From positions 1 through 45,579 of the forward strand of contig JAVKIP010000018.1 in NCBI GenBank assembly GCA_031459385.1: a stretch of 45,579 nt of DNA, in the 5' to 3' direction. The position numbers and the translations under genes are program-made. Positions 9,342 through 19,366 of this stretch are shown one piece after another (within the stretch, counting starts at the first letter, position 1; every line of letters begins with the position of its first letter). The notes under the pieces were generated by a model. The model had not been told where the DNA came from. It was given only the letters and a program-made list of their open reading frames with translations, and did no database searches. The DNA comes from Candidatus Fervidifonticultor secundus (GTDB lineage Bacteria > Sysuimicrobiota > Sysuimicrobiia > Sysuimicrobiales > Humicultoraceae).

Positions 9342-10958
9342 ATGCGCGACCTGCTGCCCCGTGGCCGCTTCGAGTGGTGGGCTCTCTATCTTCGAGGGCT
9401 CACCGCATTCTTCGGGGTGTCGGTGCTGCTGGTCGGTACGCCCGCCCACCAGCCGGTGCCGCTGGCCGCTGTTCCGCTGGTGCTCCTCCTGGTGCCCGCA
9501 GGCTTTCTGAGCGTTGTCGAGGCCGCGCGTTGCGGCAGCTACCAGGCTGCGAGTTACGTGGGGACGTTCCTGGAGCTGCTGATCGTCACGTTCCTGGTGT
9601 ACGAAACCGGGGGCCCGGCGAGCTTCTTCTACTTCTTCTACGTGCCCGTGCTCATGTGGGGCACGGCCGGACGCGGCCTGCTCACCGGCGTTGTCGGAGG
9701 GTGGATGGCGGCCCTGGGGTTCGCCGTCGCAGCCAGCCTGCAGGAGACGCCGCCTCCCGACGCGCTGCCGCGGGCAGCGCTCCTGGCGTTGATCGGGCTG
9801 CTGATCGGTCTGCTCGAGCAGCGGCGCGCCGACGCCATGGCAGCGGCCCTGCGCGGCGCGGAGGAGCTGGCGCGGCGCACGCGTGTGGGCGCCGAGGTCC
9901 AGGCAGCCATCCAGGAGATCGCGGGCGCGTCGCTGGCGGACCGTGCCCGACGCCTCCTCGACCGGGTCGTACGCCTGTCCGGCGCCGAGGTCGGGCTCGT
10001 CGCGGTGGTCGACCTGGAAGGGCGTGCCGTGGTGGAAGCTGCGGTCGACGCGCAGGGGGGCTGGCGCCGCGGCGAGTCCCTGCCGCGCACCGCCGTGCTG
10101 GACGACGTGCTGCAGTCGGGCCTTCCCCATACCGCAGTGGACGTCTCGGCGGATGCCCGGTGGGCCAGCGTGTTCGGCCGCGGCCGGGCGGGATCGGCCG
10201 TGCTGTTCCCGCTGCGGGCCGGCGGGCAGACCTTCGGCGCCGCGTTCCTGGCACGCCGCGACGTGCGCCTGTTCAGCGAGCCCGAGGTGGAGGCTACCGA
10301 GGCGCTGCTCGCTGCGACCGCGCCAGCCCTGCGGGACGCCCAGATGCAGGTGCAGGCGCACGAGTTCATGATGAGCACGGTGAACGCGCTGGCGGCGGCG
10401 CTGGAGGCCAAGGATCCGTACACGCGGGGGCATTCCCAGCGCGTGGCGAGCAACGCCGTTGCCCTGGCGGAGGAGATCGGCCTGCCGCTCGACGAGGTCG
10501 AGCGCATCCGCTGGGCCAGCCTGCTGCACGACATCGGCAAGATCGGCACGCCCGAGCACATCCTGCGCAAACGCGGTCCGCTGACCGACGAGGAACGGGC
10601 CATTATGAACCTCCACGCTGAGCGCGGCGCACGCATTCTCAAAGAGTTCGCACCGTTCCGTGGGCTGGTGGACTACGTGCGCTACCACCAGGAGGCGTAC
10701 GACGGCAGCGGGTACCCGGAGGGGCTGGCGGGCGAGGCGATCCCCCTGGGCGCCCGGATCATCCGCATCGCCGATACCTTCGACGCCCTCATCTCTGACC
10801 GCCCCTACCGGCGCGGCCGTGCCATCGACGAGGCGACGGCGGAGCTGCGGGCAATGGCCGGGAGCGTTCTGGATCCATTCCTGGTCGACGTCTTCCTCCG
10901 CGTCCTCCAGGTGAAGCCGCCGTTCGAGGTGCAGCTGCGCCTCTGGCGCGAGGGCTAG
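9342..10958 (+). CDS. Membrane-anchored GAF + HD-GYP c-di-GMP phosphodiesterase
   Basis: Several N-terminal TM helices, GAF-like middle, then KDPYTRGHS, LLHDIGK, HQEAYDGSGYP and RPYR motifs intact. Confidence 0.9.
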   Translation: MRDLLPRGRFEWWALYLRGLTAFFGVSVLLVGTPAHQPVPLAAVPLVLLLVPAGFLSVVEAARCGSYQAASYVGTFLELLIVTFLVYETGGPASFFYFFYVPVLMWGTAGRGLLTGVVGGWMAALGFAVAASLQETPPPDALPRAALLALIGLLIGLLEQRRADAMAAALRGAEELARRTRVGAEVQAAIQEIAGASLADRARRLLDRVVRLSGAEVGLVAVVDLEGRAVVEAAVDAQGGWRRGESLPRTAVLDDVLQSGLPHTAVDVSADARWASVFGRGRAGSAVLFPLRAGGQTFGAAFLARRDVRLFSEPEVEATEALLAATAPALRDAQMQVQAHEFMMSTVNALAAALEAKDPYTRGHSQRVASNAVALAEEIGLPLDEVERIRWASLLHDIGKIGTPEHILRKRGPLTDEERAIMNLHAERGARILKEFAPFRGLVDYVRYHQEAYDGSGYPEGLAGEAIPLGARIIRIADTFDALISDRPYRRGRAIDEATAELRAMAGSVLDPFLVDVFLRVLQVKPPFEVQLRLWREG

Positions 10959-11938
10959 AGGGAGAGGTTTTCGGCCGATGCTGCCGCCACCGTGGCGTTC
11001 CGGCCGCTGCGGGCCAGCGCCAGGGCTTCCTCCAGGCGCTGCAGCAAGCCCTGGTCGTCCTCCGCATCCTGAGGGAACGCGGCCAGCCCGACGCTCACGG
11101 TCTGCGTCATCGGCAGCGGTTCCTCCGGCAGGGTGAACGGGTGCTGCTCCACCGCGCCCCGGATGCGCTCCGCGACGATGAGTCCGCCCTCCAGCGGGGT
11201 CTCCGGAAGAATCAGCCCGAAGCGGCCGGGGCCCAGCGCGGCCCGGATGTCTACCTGGCGCGTGATGCGGCTCAGCACGTCGGCGAGCTGGGCGGTCATC
11301 GCCCGCAGGCCCTCGTCGCCCCAGGCGTCGCGGATCTCCTCGTCCTGGTCCAGCGCCACCAGCGCGGCGGTGAAGCCGCGGGTGAACCGCCGGTAGCGCC
11401 GGACCTCCCGGCGCAGCATGATGTGGAAGTAGTTGGCGTTGAACAGCCCTGTGGCCGGGTCGATGATCACCTGCCGTCGGAGCCGCTCCCGCAGCTCCTC
11501 CAGCTGGCGCCTGGCGGCCACCGTCCGGCGGTCGCGTTGCCGCTCGTGGTGCCGGATGCCTTCCAGCACCGCGGTGACGCTGGCATGGTCGAGGCGGCGC
11601 AGGAACTCCTCGCCGGCGCTCGGGTGGTCGGGCGCCTCGGCCAGGAACCCGAGCAGCACGGGCTTGACCTCCAGCACGACGCGCACGACTTCGTGGAGCG
11701 GGACCCCGAAGGCGAAGGCCTCCTGGCTGAGACGGGCGGCGAACTCGGCGAACGGCTCGGGGCGATCGGCGACCAGAGCCTCGCAGACGGCGTTCATCCC
11801 GGTCAGGGTCCAGCGTCCGACGCGCTCGGCATCCTGCCACCACACGCTGAGCCCGGAGGTGCTGGCGATGAGATCCGCCCAGCGGGCCGCCAGCAAGCGA
11901 CGGTGCACGCGAACGCGCTCGAGCGCGGCAGCCTCCAT
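10955..11938 (-). CDS. Degenerate GGDEF-domain protein with an N-terminal helical (RsbRD_N-like) domain
   Basis: DPATGLFN, ILPET, AERIR and TVSVGLAAFP give the GGDEF fold, but the signature reads GPGRF. GGAGAGG RBS before the ATG at 11938. Confidence 0.85.
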   Translation of the reverse strand: MEAAALERVRVHRRLLAARWADLIASTSGLSVWWQDAERVGRWTLTGMNAVCEALVADRPEPFAEFAARLSQEAFAFGVPLHEVVRVVLEVKPVLLGFLAEAPDHPSAGEEFLRRLDHASVTAVLEGIRHHERQRDRRTVAARRQLEELRERLRRQVIIDPATGLFNANYFHIMLRREVRRYRRFTRGFTAALVALDQDEEIRDAWGDEGLRAMTAQLADVLSRITRQVDIRAALGPGRFGLILPETPLEGGLIVAERIRGAVEQHPFTLPEEPLPMTQTVSVGLAAFPQDAEDDQGLLQRLEEALALARSGRNATVAAASAENLSL

Positions 11939-12037
11939 ATGCGCCTCTCCCGGCTTACTACGCGCTGCGCTCGTACGACTCCTGTCCTGGGCAGGAAGCG
12001 TCCACGGCGCGGCGAACTCTGACGGCCGCCTGGAGCC

Positions 12038-12397
12038 ATGGGCACGAAGCTGCGCGGGATCCTGCAGGAGCTGGTCGGCGATGACACGCGGGCGGCCGCG
12101 GTCCTCGGCATAGATGGCGGCGTCATCGAGGCCGTCACCAAGGGCGGTGTCGCCGACCTCGCCCGCGTGAGCACCGATCTGGCGGCCCTGGTGAAGGTGG
12201 GGGCGTACTGCATCCGAAAGCTGGACGGCGGGGAACTGGACTACATCACGCTCACGACCGACAGCCTGTCGGTGCTGGTGGTGGCCATGGGCCAGCAGCA
12301 CTACCTCGCCACCGTCCTGGACGCCGGCGGCAACGTCGCGCGTGCGCGCCTGCAGATCCGGCGGCGCAAGGCGGAGATCACGGAGCAGCTCACGTGA
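12038..12397 (+). CDS. Roadblock/LC7 (MglB-like) protein
   Basis: 119 aa, LRGILQEL...[13 protein letters not shown]...[12 protein letters not shown] pattern. Confidence 0.8.
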   Translation: MGTKLRGILQELVGDDTRAAAVLGIDGGVIEAVTKGGVADLARVSTDLAALVKVGAYCIRKLDGGELDYITLTTDSLSVLVVAMGQQHYLATVLDAGGNVARARLQIRRRKAEITEQLT

Positions 12398-13371
12398 GGC
12401 CGGCCCGCTGGCGATGCGTGCTCGGGGCCGGGCTGGTCCTCCTCGTGGGCCTCGTGCCGGTCGGGCCCGCGCCGGCCGCGGCCGGCACGCGACCCGCAGC
12501 CGGCGCGGCGGCGCCGACGTCGTCCGCCGCCGCGCTGCAGGAAGGCGCGCGCCTGCTCCACGAGGGCCGGCTGCAGGACGCCGAGGCTGCGGTGACGCGC
12601 GCGCTACGCGCGCGTCCGGCGGACCCGCGCGCCTGGCTGTGGCTCGGGGCGATCCGCTATCACCAAGGCGACGTCCAGTGGGCGGCGCAGGCGTTCGACT
12701 ACGTGTCGCGGCGGCAGCCGCACAACGCCCGGGCGCTCCTGTGGCTCGGCCACGCGCTGGTGCGGGCGGGCCGCGCCTCCGAGGCCCAGGAGGCGTTCCG
12801 CCGGGTGCTGCTGCTGCCTGCCGATCCACCGGCGCACGAGTTGGCCCGCCAGGCCCTGCGCGCGATGCGACCGCTGCCGCAGCAGGCAGCGCGGGGGCCC
12901 GAGGCCGCGGCCTGGGTCACCGACGTCACGGCCTACCAGGGGTTCGCGCGGCACTACAATCCCCGGCTGGGCCTCCAGGACGCCCGCCGCATCGGCGAGG
13001 CGCTGCTGGGTTACAGCCGGCTGTTCAACGTCGACCCGCGCCTGGTCGTCGCGCTCGTCGTGGTCGAGTCGGGGTTTCAAGTCCGCGTGCGGTCGCGTGC
13101 CGGGGCCATTGGCCTGGGGCAGCTGATGCCGGAGACCGCGCAGGCGCTCGGCGTCGATCCGGAAGACCCCGTGCAGAACCTCTACGGCACGATCCGGTAC
13201 CTGCGCGGGACCCTCGACCGGTTCGGGTGGGACAACCTGCACCTGGCCCTGGCGGCGTACAACGCGGGCCGTGGTGCCGTCGAGCGCCACCGGGGCATTC
13301 CCCCCTACGACGAGACGCGCTGGTACGTCGTGAACGTCACGACCCTCTACCGCCGGCTGCTGGCCCTGTGA
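12394..13371 (+). CDS. Exported TPR + SLT lytic transglycosylase
   Basis: Signal peptide, about three TPRs (AWLWLG, ALLWLG), SLT motifs [22 protein letters not shown] and ETRWYV. Confidence 0.9.
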   Translation: MRPARWRCVLGAGLVLLVGLVPVGPAPAAAGTRPAAGAAAPTSSAAALQEGARLLHEGRLQDAEAAVTRALRARPADPRAWLWLGAIRYHQGDVQWAAQAFDYVSRRQPHNARALLWLGHALVRAGRASEAQEAFRRVLLLPADPPAHELARQALRAMRPLPQQAARGPEAAAWVTDVTAYQGFARHYNPRLGLQDARRIGEALLGYSRLFNVDPRLVVALVVVESGFQVRVRSRAGAIGLGQLMPETAQALGVDPEDPVQNLYGTIRYLRGTLDRFGWDNLHLALAAYNAGRGAVERHRGIPPYDETRWYVVNVTTLYRRLLAL

Positions 13372-13439
13372 GGCCGGCACCGGGCGAGGCGACCGCGCGC
13401 CACGAGCTTCACCGGCGTCCTCCGGGAAGGTCTGCGGAG

Positions 13440-13465
13440 GTCTAGGCGAAGCCGCGGCGGGGCAC
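13440..13465 (+). promoter_or_regulatory. Putative SigB/F-type promoter (copy 2) upstream of riboswitch 1
   Basis: GTCT(13440-13443)-N16-GGGCAC(13460-13465). Confidence 0.65.
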
Positions 13466-13517
13466 AGAAGAACTGGTGGACATCGCGTGCCGGCGATGTG
13501 CGGGCCGGTACGTGCAC

Positions 13518-13608
13518 CCTCCGAACGGGCTAACCCATCGCGAGGTGGGGGCGCAAAGCCGACGGGGGCGCGCGGGCTGCCGTGCGGCCGGCCGGGTTGC
13601 CGAAGAGG
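13518..13608 (+). ncRNA. c-di-GMP-I (GEMM-I) riboswitch aptamer 1
   Basis: CGAACGGGCTAA-CCCATC-GCGA-GGTGGG-GGCGCAAAGCC...GCCGGGTTGCCGAA matches the GEMM-I consensus (GNRA-capped P2, GCAAAG junction, 3' GGGYUGCCGA). It lies in a 5' leader. Confidence 0.88.
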
Positions 13609-13616
13609 AGCCAGGT

Positions 13617-13649
13617 GCGGGCCCTTCGGCCGGTGGCCGGAGGGCCCGC
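13617..13649 (+). promoter_or_regulatory. Strong hairpin, likely the expression platform of riboswitch 1
   Basis: 15-bp stem GCGGGCCCTTCGGCC/GGCCGGAGGGCCCGC with one G-U pair and no U-tract. The 5' arm CTTCGGC is complementary to aptamer 3' GCCGAAG (13599-13605). Confidence 0.55.
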
Positions 13650-13724
13650 GCGTTGCGAGCGCAGCGGCGCCACCGGTGCCGCGCGGTCTCCACAGGCGTT
13701 ACGCCCCGGGCAGGAAGGAAGGTC

Positions 13725-14489
13725 GTGAATCGTCGCACCGCCCTGGAGAGCGCGCGCGCCGGCCCGGCCCTCATCGCCGCCGTGCCCGCCGACGCCATCG
13801 ATCTCGATGCCCTCATCGCCCACCTGACCGCTCGCGGGTTCGAAGGCGGCATCTCGATCGCCGATCCGGAGACGGACGCCGTGCTGTGGATCCACGATGG
13901 CGCCCCGCAGGAGGCATGGTTCCTCGAGGCCACGGGGACTGAAGCCGTATTGCCCGCCGCCGCAGGGCGTGATCTGCTGCGGCAGGTAGCAGCGCGCGGC
14001 GGCATGCTCGCGGTGCTGACCGGCGTGCCGGCGATGCCCGCGTGGCCTGCGGGCGAAGGCGAACTGACGCCGGCGGATGCGACGGCGGCGGGCACGGCGC
14101 CAGCGACGCTGCCGCTGGAGCCCGCGGGCGCAGAGCCCACGGCCAGCGCGGGCGAGTTCGTGGCGAGCACGGCAGTGACCATGGAGCCGCCGGCGCACCC
14201 GTGGCCGCAGATCCTGAGCCTGTTTGTCCAGCGTCTCGCGCGGCTGCGGGGCCGCAAGCTCGCCAGCCGGTTTCTCGCGTCGCTCAATCGGGCGCTCGCG
14301 CCGCACGGCGGCCGCGTGGAGGACGGGCAGGTCGTGGCGCCCCCGCTCCCGGAGGCCACGTGGCGCCGGATCGTGGAGACCGCGTGCGCGTCCATCGTGG
14401 CGGTCGTGGGGCGGGGCTTCGTCGACGGCAACATCGCGGCAGCGGAGCAGGAACTGCGCCAGGCGAGCCGCGCAGGGGAGGGCCGGTGA
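13725..14489 (+). CDS. Hypothetical protein with a PATAN/DUF4388-like N-terminal domain
   Basis: AGGAAGG RBS and GTG start. IDLDALIAHLTARGFEGGISI...AVLWIHDG pattern, Ala/Pro linker, helical C-terminus. Confidence 0.6.
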   Translation: MNRRTALESARAGPALIAAVPADAIDLDALIAHLTARGFEGGISIADPETDAVLWIHDGAPQEAWFLEATGTEAVLPAAAGRDLLRQVAARGGMLAVLTGVPAMPAWPAGEGELTPADATAAGTAPATLPLEPAGAEPTASAGEFVASTAVTMEPPAHPWPQILSLFVQRLARLRGRKLASRFLASLNRALAPHGGRVEDGQVVAPPLPEATWRRIVETACASIVAVVGRGFVDGNIAAAEQELRQASRAGEGR

Positions 14490-15298
14490 CCGCCCGCTCG
14501 GGCATCACCCACTACGCCTGGCCCGGGGGGCTGGCGGTGGTGCTGGAGACCCCGACCGCAGGCATCGGTGCGGTCTTCGGGGCGGCGGGCTGGCAGCTGG
14601 CGCCGCACGACGCGGTGACCGCGGGGCTCCCGTCCGGCGCCGCACGCGCGCATCTCCCCCTGCCCGAGGATGTCGTCGCCCAGTGCATGGACCTGGAGTT
14701 CGTGGGCGGCGCGCTGCACACCGACTTCGTGCTGCTCGACCGCCTCCTCCGGCGCCTGCAGGCCGACGGCACTAGCGCCGTGCTCTTCGTGCTCGGGACG
14801 CATCCCGCGGCCTTCGTGGTCAGCGAGGGGACGCTGACGGCCTTTGATCCCACCGCGCCGGAAGCATCGGAGGAGGCTGTGATCACTCGCGCAGCAGGAT
14901 GGATCGTGCAGCTGGCGGGGCGGATGCGCGCGCCGGCCACGCCGCCGGAACCGGCGATGCCGGTCGCCGCGCCCGCGCCGGCGGGGGCGACGGCGGTCGC
15001 CTCGCCCGACGACGAGCGCTTCGGCCGGTTTGCGGCGAGCGCCCGGTTCCTGTGCGCGCCCGGCGCCGATGCCGCGCTCGCGCCGGAACTGCGCGCTGCG
15101 ATTCAGACCGCGACCGGCGTCGACCCCGGGGCGGTGGTGCGCTACCTCGACGGTGGGCACACGCTCGCCGAGGTCGCCGCCGCCAGCGGCCTCCGGGGCC
15201 CGCAGGTCGCGGCTGTGCTCGAGGTGCTCGTGGCGCGCCGGCTCGCGTTCCGGTACGTCAGCCGGTCCCGCCCGCAGACCGGCTCGCGGCTGCGGTAA
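14486..15298 (+). CDS. Hypothetical protein with a PATAN/DUF4388-like domain and a C-terminal winged helix
   Basis: GTGA overlap. LHTDFVLLDRLLRRLQADG...FVVSEG, and C-terminal LDGGHTLAEVAAASGL...VLEVLVARRLA. Confidence 0.6.
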   Translation: MTARSGITHYAWPGGLAVVLETPTAGIGAVFGAAGWQLAPHDAVTAGLPSGAARAHLPLPEDVVAQCMDLEFVGGALHTDFVLLDRLLRRLQADGTSAVLFVLGTHPAAFVVSEGTLTAFDPTAPEASEEAVITRAAGWIVQLAGRMRAPATPPEPAMPVAAPAPAGATAVASPDDERFGRFAASARFLCAPGADAALAPELRAAIQTATGVDPGAVVRYLDGGHTLAEVAAASGLRGPQVAAVLEVLVARRLAFRYVSRSRPQTGSRLR

Positions 15299-15325
15299 CG
15301 GACACGGCGGTGGCCGCGCGCCGAT

Positions 15326-15351
15326 GTCTACCCGAGGGGAGTTCTGGGCAA
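15326..15351 (+). promoter_or_regulatory. Putative SigB/F-type promoter (copy 3) upstream of riboswitch 2 and the sigma gene (autoregulatory)
   Basis: GTCT(15326-15329)-N16-GGGCAA(15346-15351). Confidence 0.65.
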
Positions 15352-15434
15352 AGTTCTTTGCGGAGAGTCTGCACCAATGTTCTGGGCGGTCTGTTCTGGC
15401 GCGCGCTGACCGCCGGCGACAACTGCATACCGCT

Positions 15435-15513
15435 CCCCGAACAGGGCAAACCCATCGCGAGGTGGGGGCGCAAAGCTGCGGGACCTGCGTGGTCGGCCGG
15501 GCTGCCGAAGGGA
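15435..15513 (+). ncRNA. c-di-GMP-I (GEMM-I) riboswitch aptamer 2
   Basis: CGAACAGGGCAAA-CCCATC-GCGA-GGTGGG-GGCGCAAAGCT...GCCGGGCTGCCGAA. ACAGGGCAAACC is the same as in the Vc2 aptamer. Confidence 0.92.
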
Positions 15514-15521
15514 TGCACCGT

Positions 15522-15561
15522 GGATCCTCGTGGGCAGTCCCAGGAGGGTCCGTTGTTTTTT
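15522..15561 (+). terminator. Intrinsic terminator, the expression platform of riboswitch 2
   Basis: GGATCCTC-GTGGG-CAGT-CCCA-G-GAGGGTCC followed by GTTGTTTTTT, between the aptamer and the sigma RBS. Confidence 0.8.
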
Positions 15562-15611
15562 CGGGGACGGGCGCGTCGCATGCGGACGAAAGGTCACGGG
15601 GAGGCCGCACG

Positions 15612-16442
15612 ATGCCTGGGCGCAGTGGAGAGAGTGCCGTACCGGAGGTTGGAGCACACCGCATGGGCCGCGGGGCGGGCGGCGGGGAGGCCCGTGAGGA
15701 CGAGGAAGCGCTCATGCGACAGTACGCGGAGACCCGCGACCCGACAATCCGGGAGCGGGTGGTGGTGGCCTGCACGCCGCTGGTCCGGCGCATCGCCTCG
15801 GAGTTCGTCTTCTCTGGGGTCCCGACCGAAGACCTGGTGCAGGTCGGGTACATCGGGCTCCTGAACGCCATCGCCGCGTTCGACCCCACCCGCGGGGCCA
15901 AGTTCACCACGTACGCCAGCTACCTGGTCCGCGGCGAGATCCGCCACTACCTGCGCGATCAGCGCGACACGATCCGCAAGCCCCGGTGGCTGCAGAAGAT
16001 CAACACGCGCATCGAGGACGCTATCGGGCGGTACATCAGCGAGGAGGGACGGTTTCCCGGCCTCGAGGAGCTAGCGACCGAGCTGAACATCGAGGAGGAA
16101 GGCCTGCTCGAAGTCCTCCGGACGCGGGAAGCCCTGCGGACCATCGCGCTCGAGACCGATGAAGAGGGCAGCGACCTGCGCGTCGACCGGGAGCGCATCC
16201 GCCACCGCTCGCACGTCAGCTTCCAGCTGCCCATCGAGGACCGTGTGCTGCTGCTGGAGGCCATGGAGTCGCTGAACAGTCTGCAGAAAAAGGTGCTCTA
16301 TTACCTGTTCTTCACCGATCTGACCCAGACCGAGGCCGCCAGGCGCATCGGTATCTCGCAAAAGCACGTCTCGCGCGTCCTGGCCTCGGCCCTGGCCAAA
16401 CTGCGAGGCGTGATGGGCGTGGTGTCATCGGAAGTGATCTAG
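15612..16442 (+). CDS. RNA polymerase sigma factor, SigB/SigF/SigG family
   Basis: EDLVQVGYIGLLNAIAAFDPTRG.KFTTYA...GEIRHYLRD...IR.PR, region 4 TQTEAARRIGISQKHVSR, GGGGAGG RBS. Confidence 0.93.
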   Translation: MPGRSGESAVPEVGAHRMGRGAGGGEAREDEEALMRQYAETRDPTIRERVVVACTPLVRRIASEFVFSGVPTEDLVQVGYIGLLNAIAAFDPTRGAKFTTYASYLVRGEIRHYLRDQRDTIRKPRWLQKINTRIEDAIGRYISEEGRFPGLEELATELNIEEEGLLEVLRTREALRTIALETDEEGSDLRVDRERIRHRSHVSFQLPIEDRVLLLEAMESLNSLQKKVLYYLFFTDLTQTEAARRIGISQKHVSRVLASALAKLRGVMGVVSSEVI

Positions 16443-16512
16443 CGCAGGCGCTGGGCCGACTTGCCCCGGAACGACGCACTCGTCGCCGGAGGTTCTCGAA
16501 GGAGGGTAGATC

Positions 16513-16869
16513 ATGTCGCAGCTCAAGGATGTGCTGGCGGATCTGGCCAAGGTGGACGGTGTCCTGGCGGCACTGGTCGTCAGCCGTGACGGGTTCGTCG
16601 TGGAGGGCGTGACCAGTGAGGAGGCCGTGGACCTCGAGGCCGTGGGCGCCATCGTGGCCAGCAACATCGCCGCCGCCGACTCCATGGGCCGGGAGATGGT
16701 CCGCGGCACCATCCGCAACCTGCTGTTGGAGTTCGACGAGGGCCCCGTCGCCATCGGCCCGGCCGGTCCCGATGCGATGCTGGTGGTCGTGGGGAACAAA
16801 CAGGCGAACCTGGGACGCATCCGCCTCGAGATGCGGCGCAACAGTCAGCTGGCGGCCGCGCTGGTATAG
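16513..16869 (+). CDS. Roadblock/LC7 (MglB-like) protein
   Basis: LKDVLADLAKVDGVLAALVVSRDGFVVE...LEFDEG...ANLGRIRLEM, GGAGG RBS. Confidence 0.9.
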   Translation: MSQLKDVLADLAKVDGVLAALVVSRDGFVVEGVTSEEAVDLEAVGAIVASNIAAADSMGREMVRGTIRNLLLEFDEGPVAIGPAGPDAMLVVVGNKQANLGRIRLEMRRNSQLAAALV

Positions 16870-16887
16870 CGCCGGCCGCGTTTGCGG

Positions 16888-19104
<2,217 letters not shown>

Positions 19105-19115
19105 CGCCCTAGAGT

Positions 19116-19142
19116 ATGCCCAAGTCCAGCGGGCGCGAAGAC
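19116..19142 (-). promoter_or_regulatory. Putative SigB/F-type promoter (copy 4) for the TPR-PilB gene
   Basis: Minus strand GTCT(19142-19139)-N17-GGGCAT(19121-19116), ending only 11 nt before the ATG. Confidence 0.55.
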
Positions 19143-19157
19143 GCCTCTGCCACGCGA

Positions 19158-19183
19158 GACTAGCGCTGTGGTTTTGTGGGCAT
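19158..19183 (+). promoter_or_regulatory. Putative SigB/F-type promoter (copy 5) for the dnaB-like-merR-pilB-pilT-pilC operon
   Basis: GACT(19158-19161)-N16-GGGCAT(19178-19183), back-to-back with copy 4. Confidence 0.65.
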
Positions 19184-19366
19184 ATCCAGGGGTGGCCGAC
19201 CCGAAGTTTGCAGCCGCAATCAGGCGCAGAAGTTCCCGCGGTGGCAGAAGGTTCATGCAGTATTGGGGGAAGTTCTGCGCAGGATGACGAACCAGTCCCG
19301 GGGCTGCTGGAGCGGCTCCCGGCCCGGGCACGGGGCTCGGCCGGGCACACGAAGGGAGAGGCACGC

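Noticed and set aside
11968..11994. Eighth copy of the promoter motif before roadblock 1 (CGCT-N17-GGGCAG)
   Set aside because: The -35 element and spacing both deviate, so it is too weak to count.
13518..15513. Riboswitches as 3'3'-cGAMP (GEMM-Ib) sensors
   Set aside because: Both have G at the Vc2 G20-equivalent position, whereas cGAMP variants typically have A.
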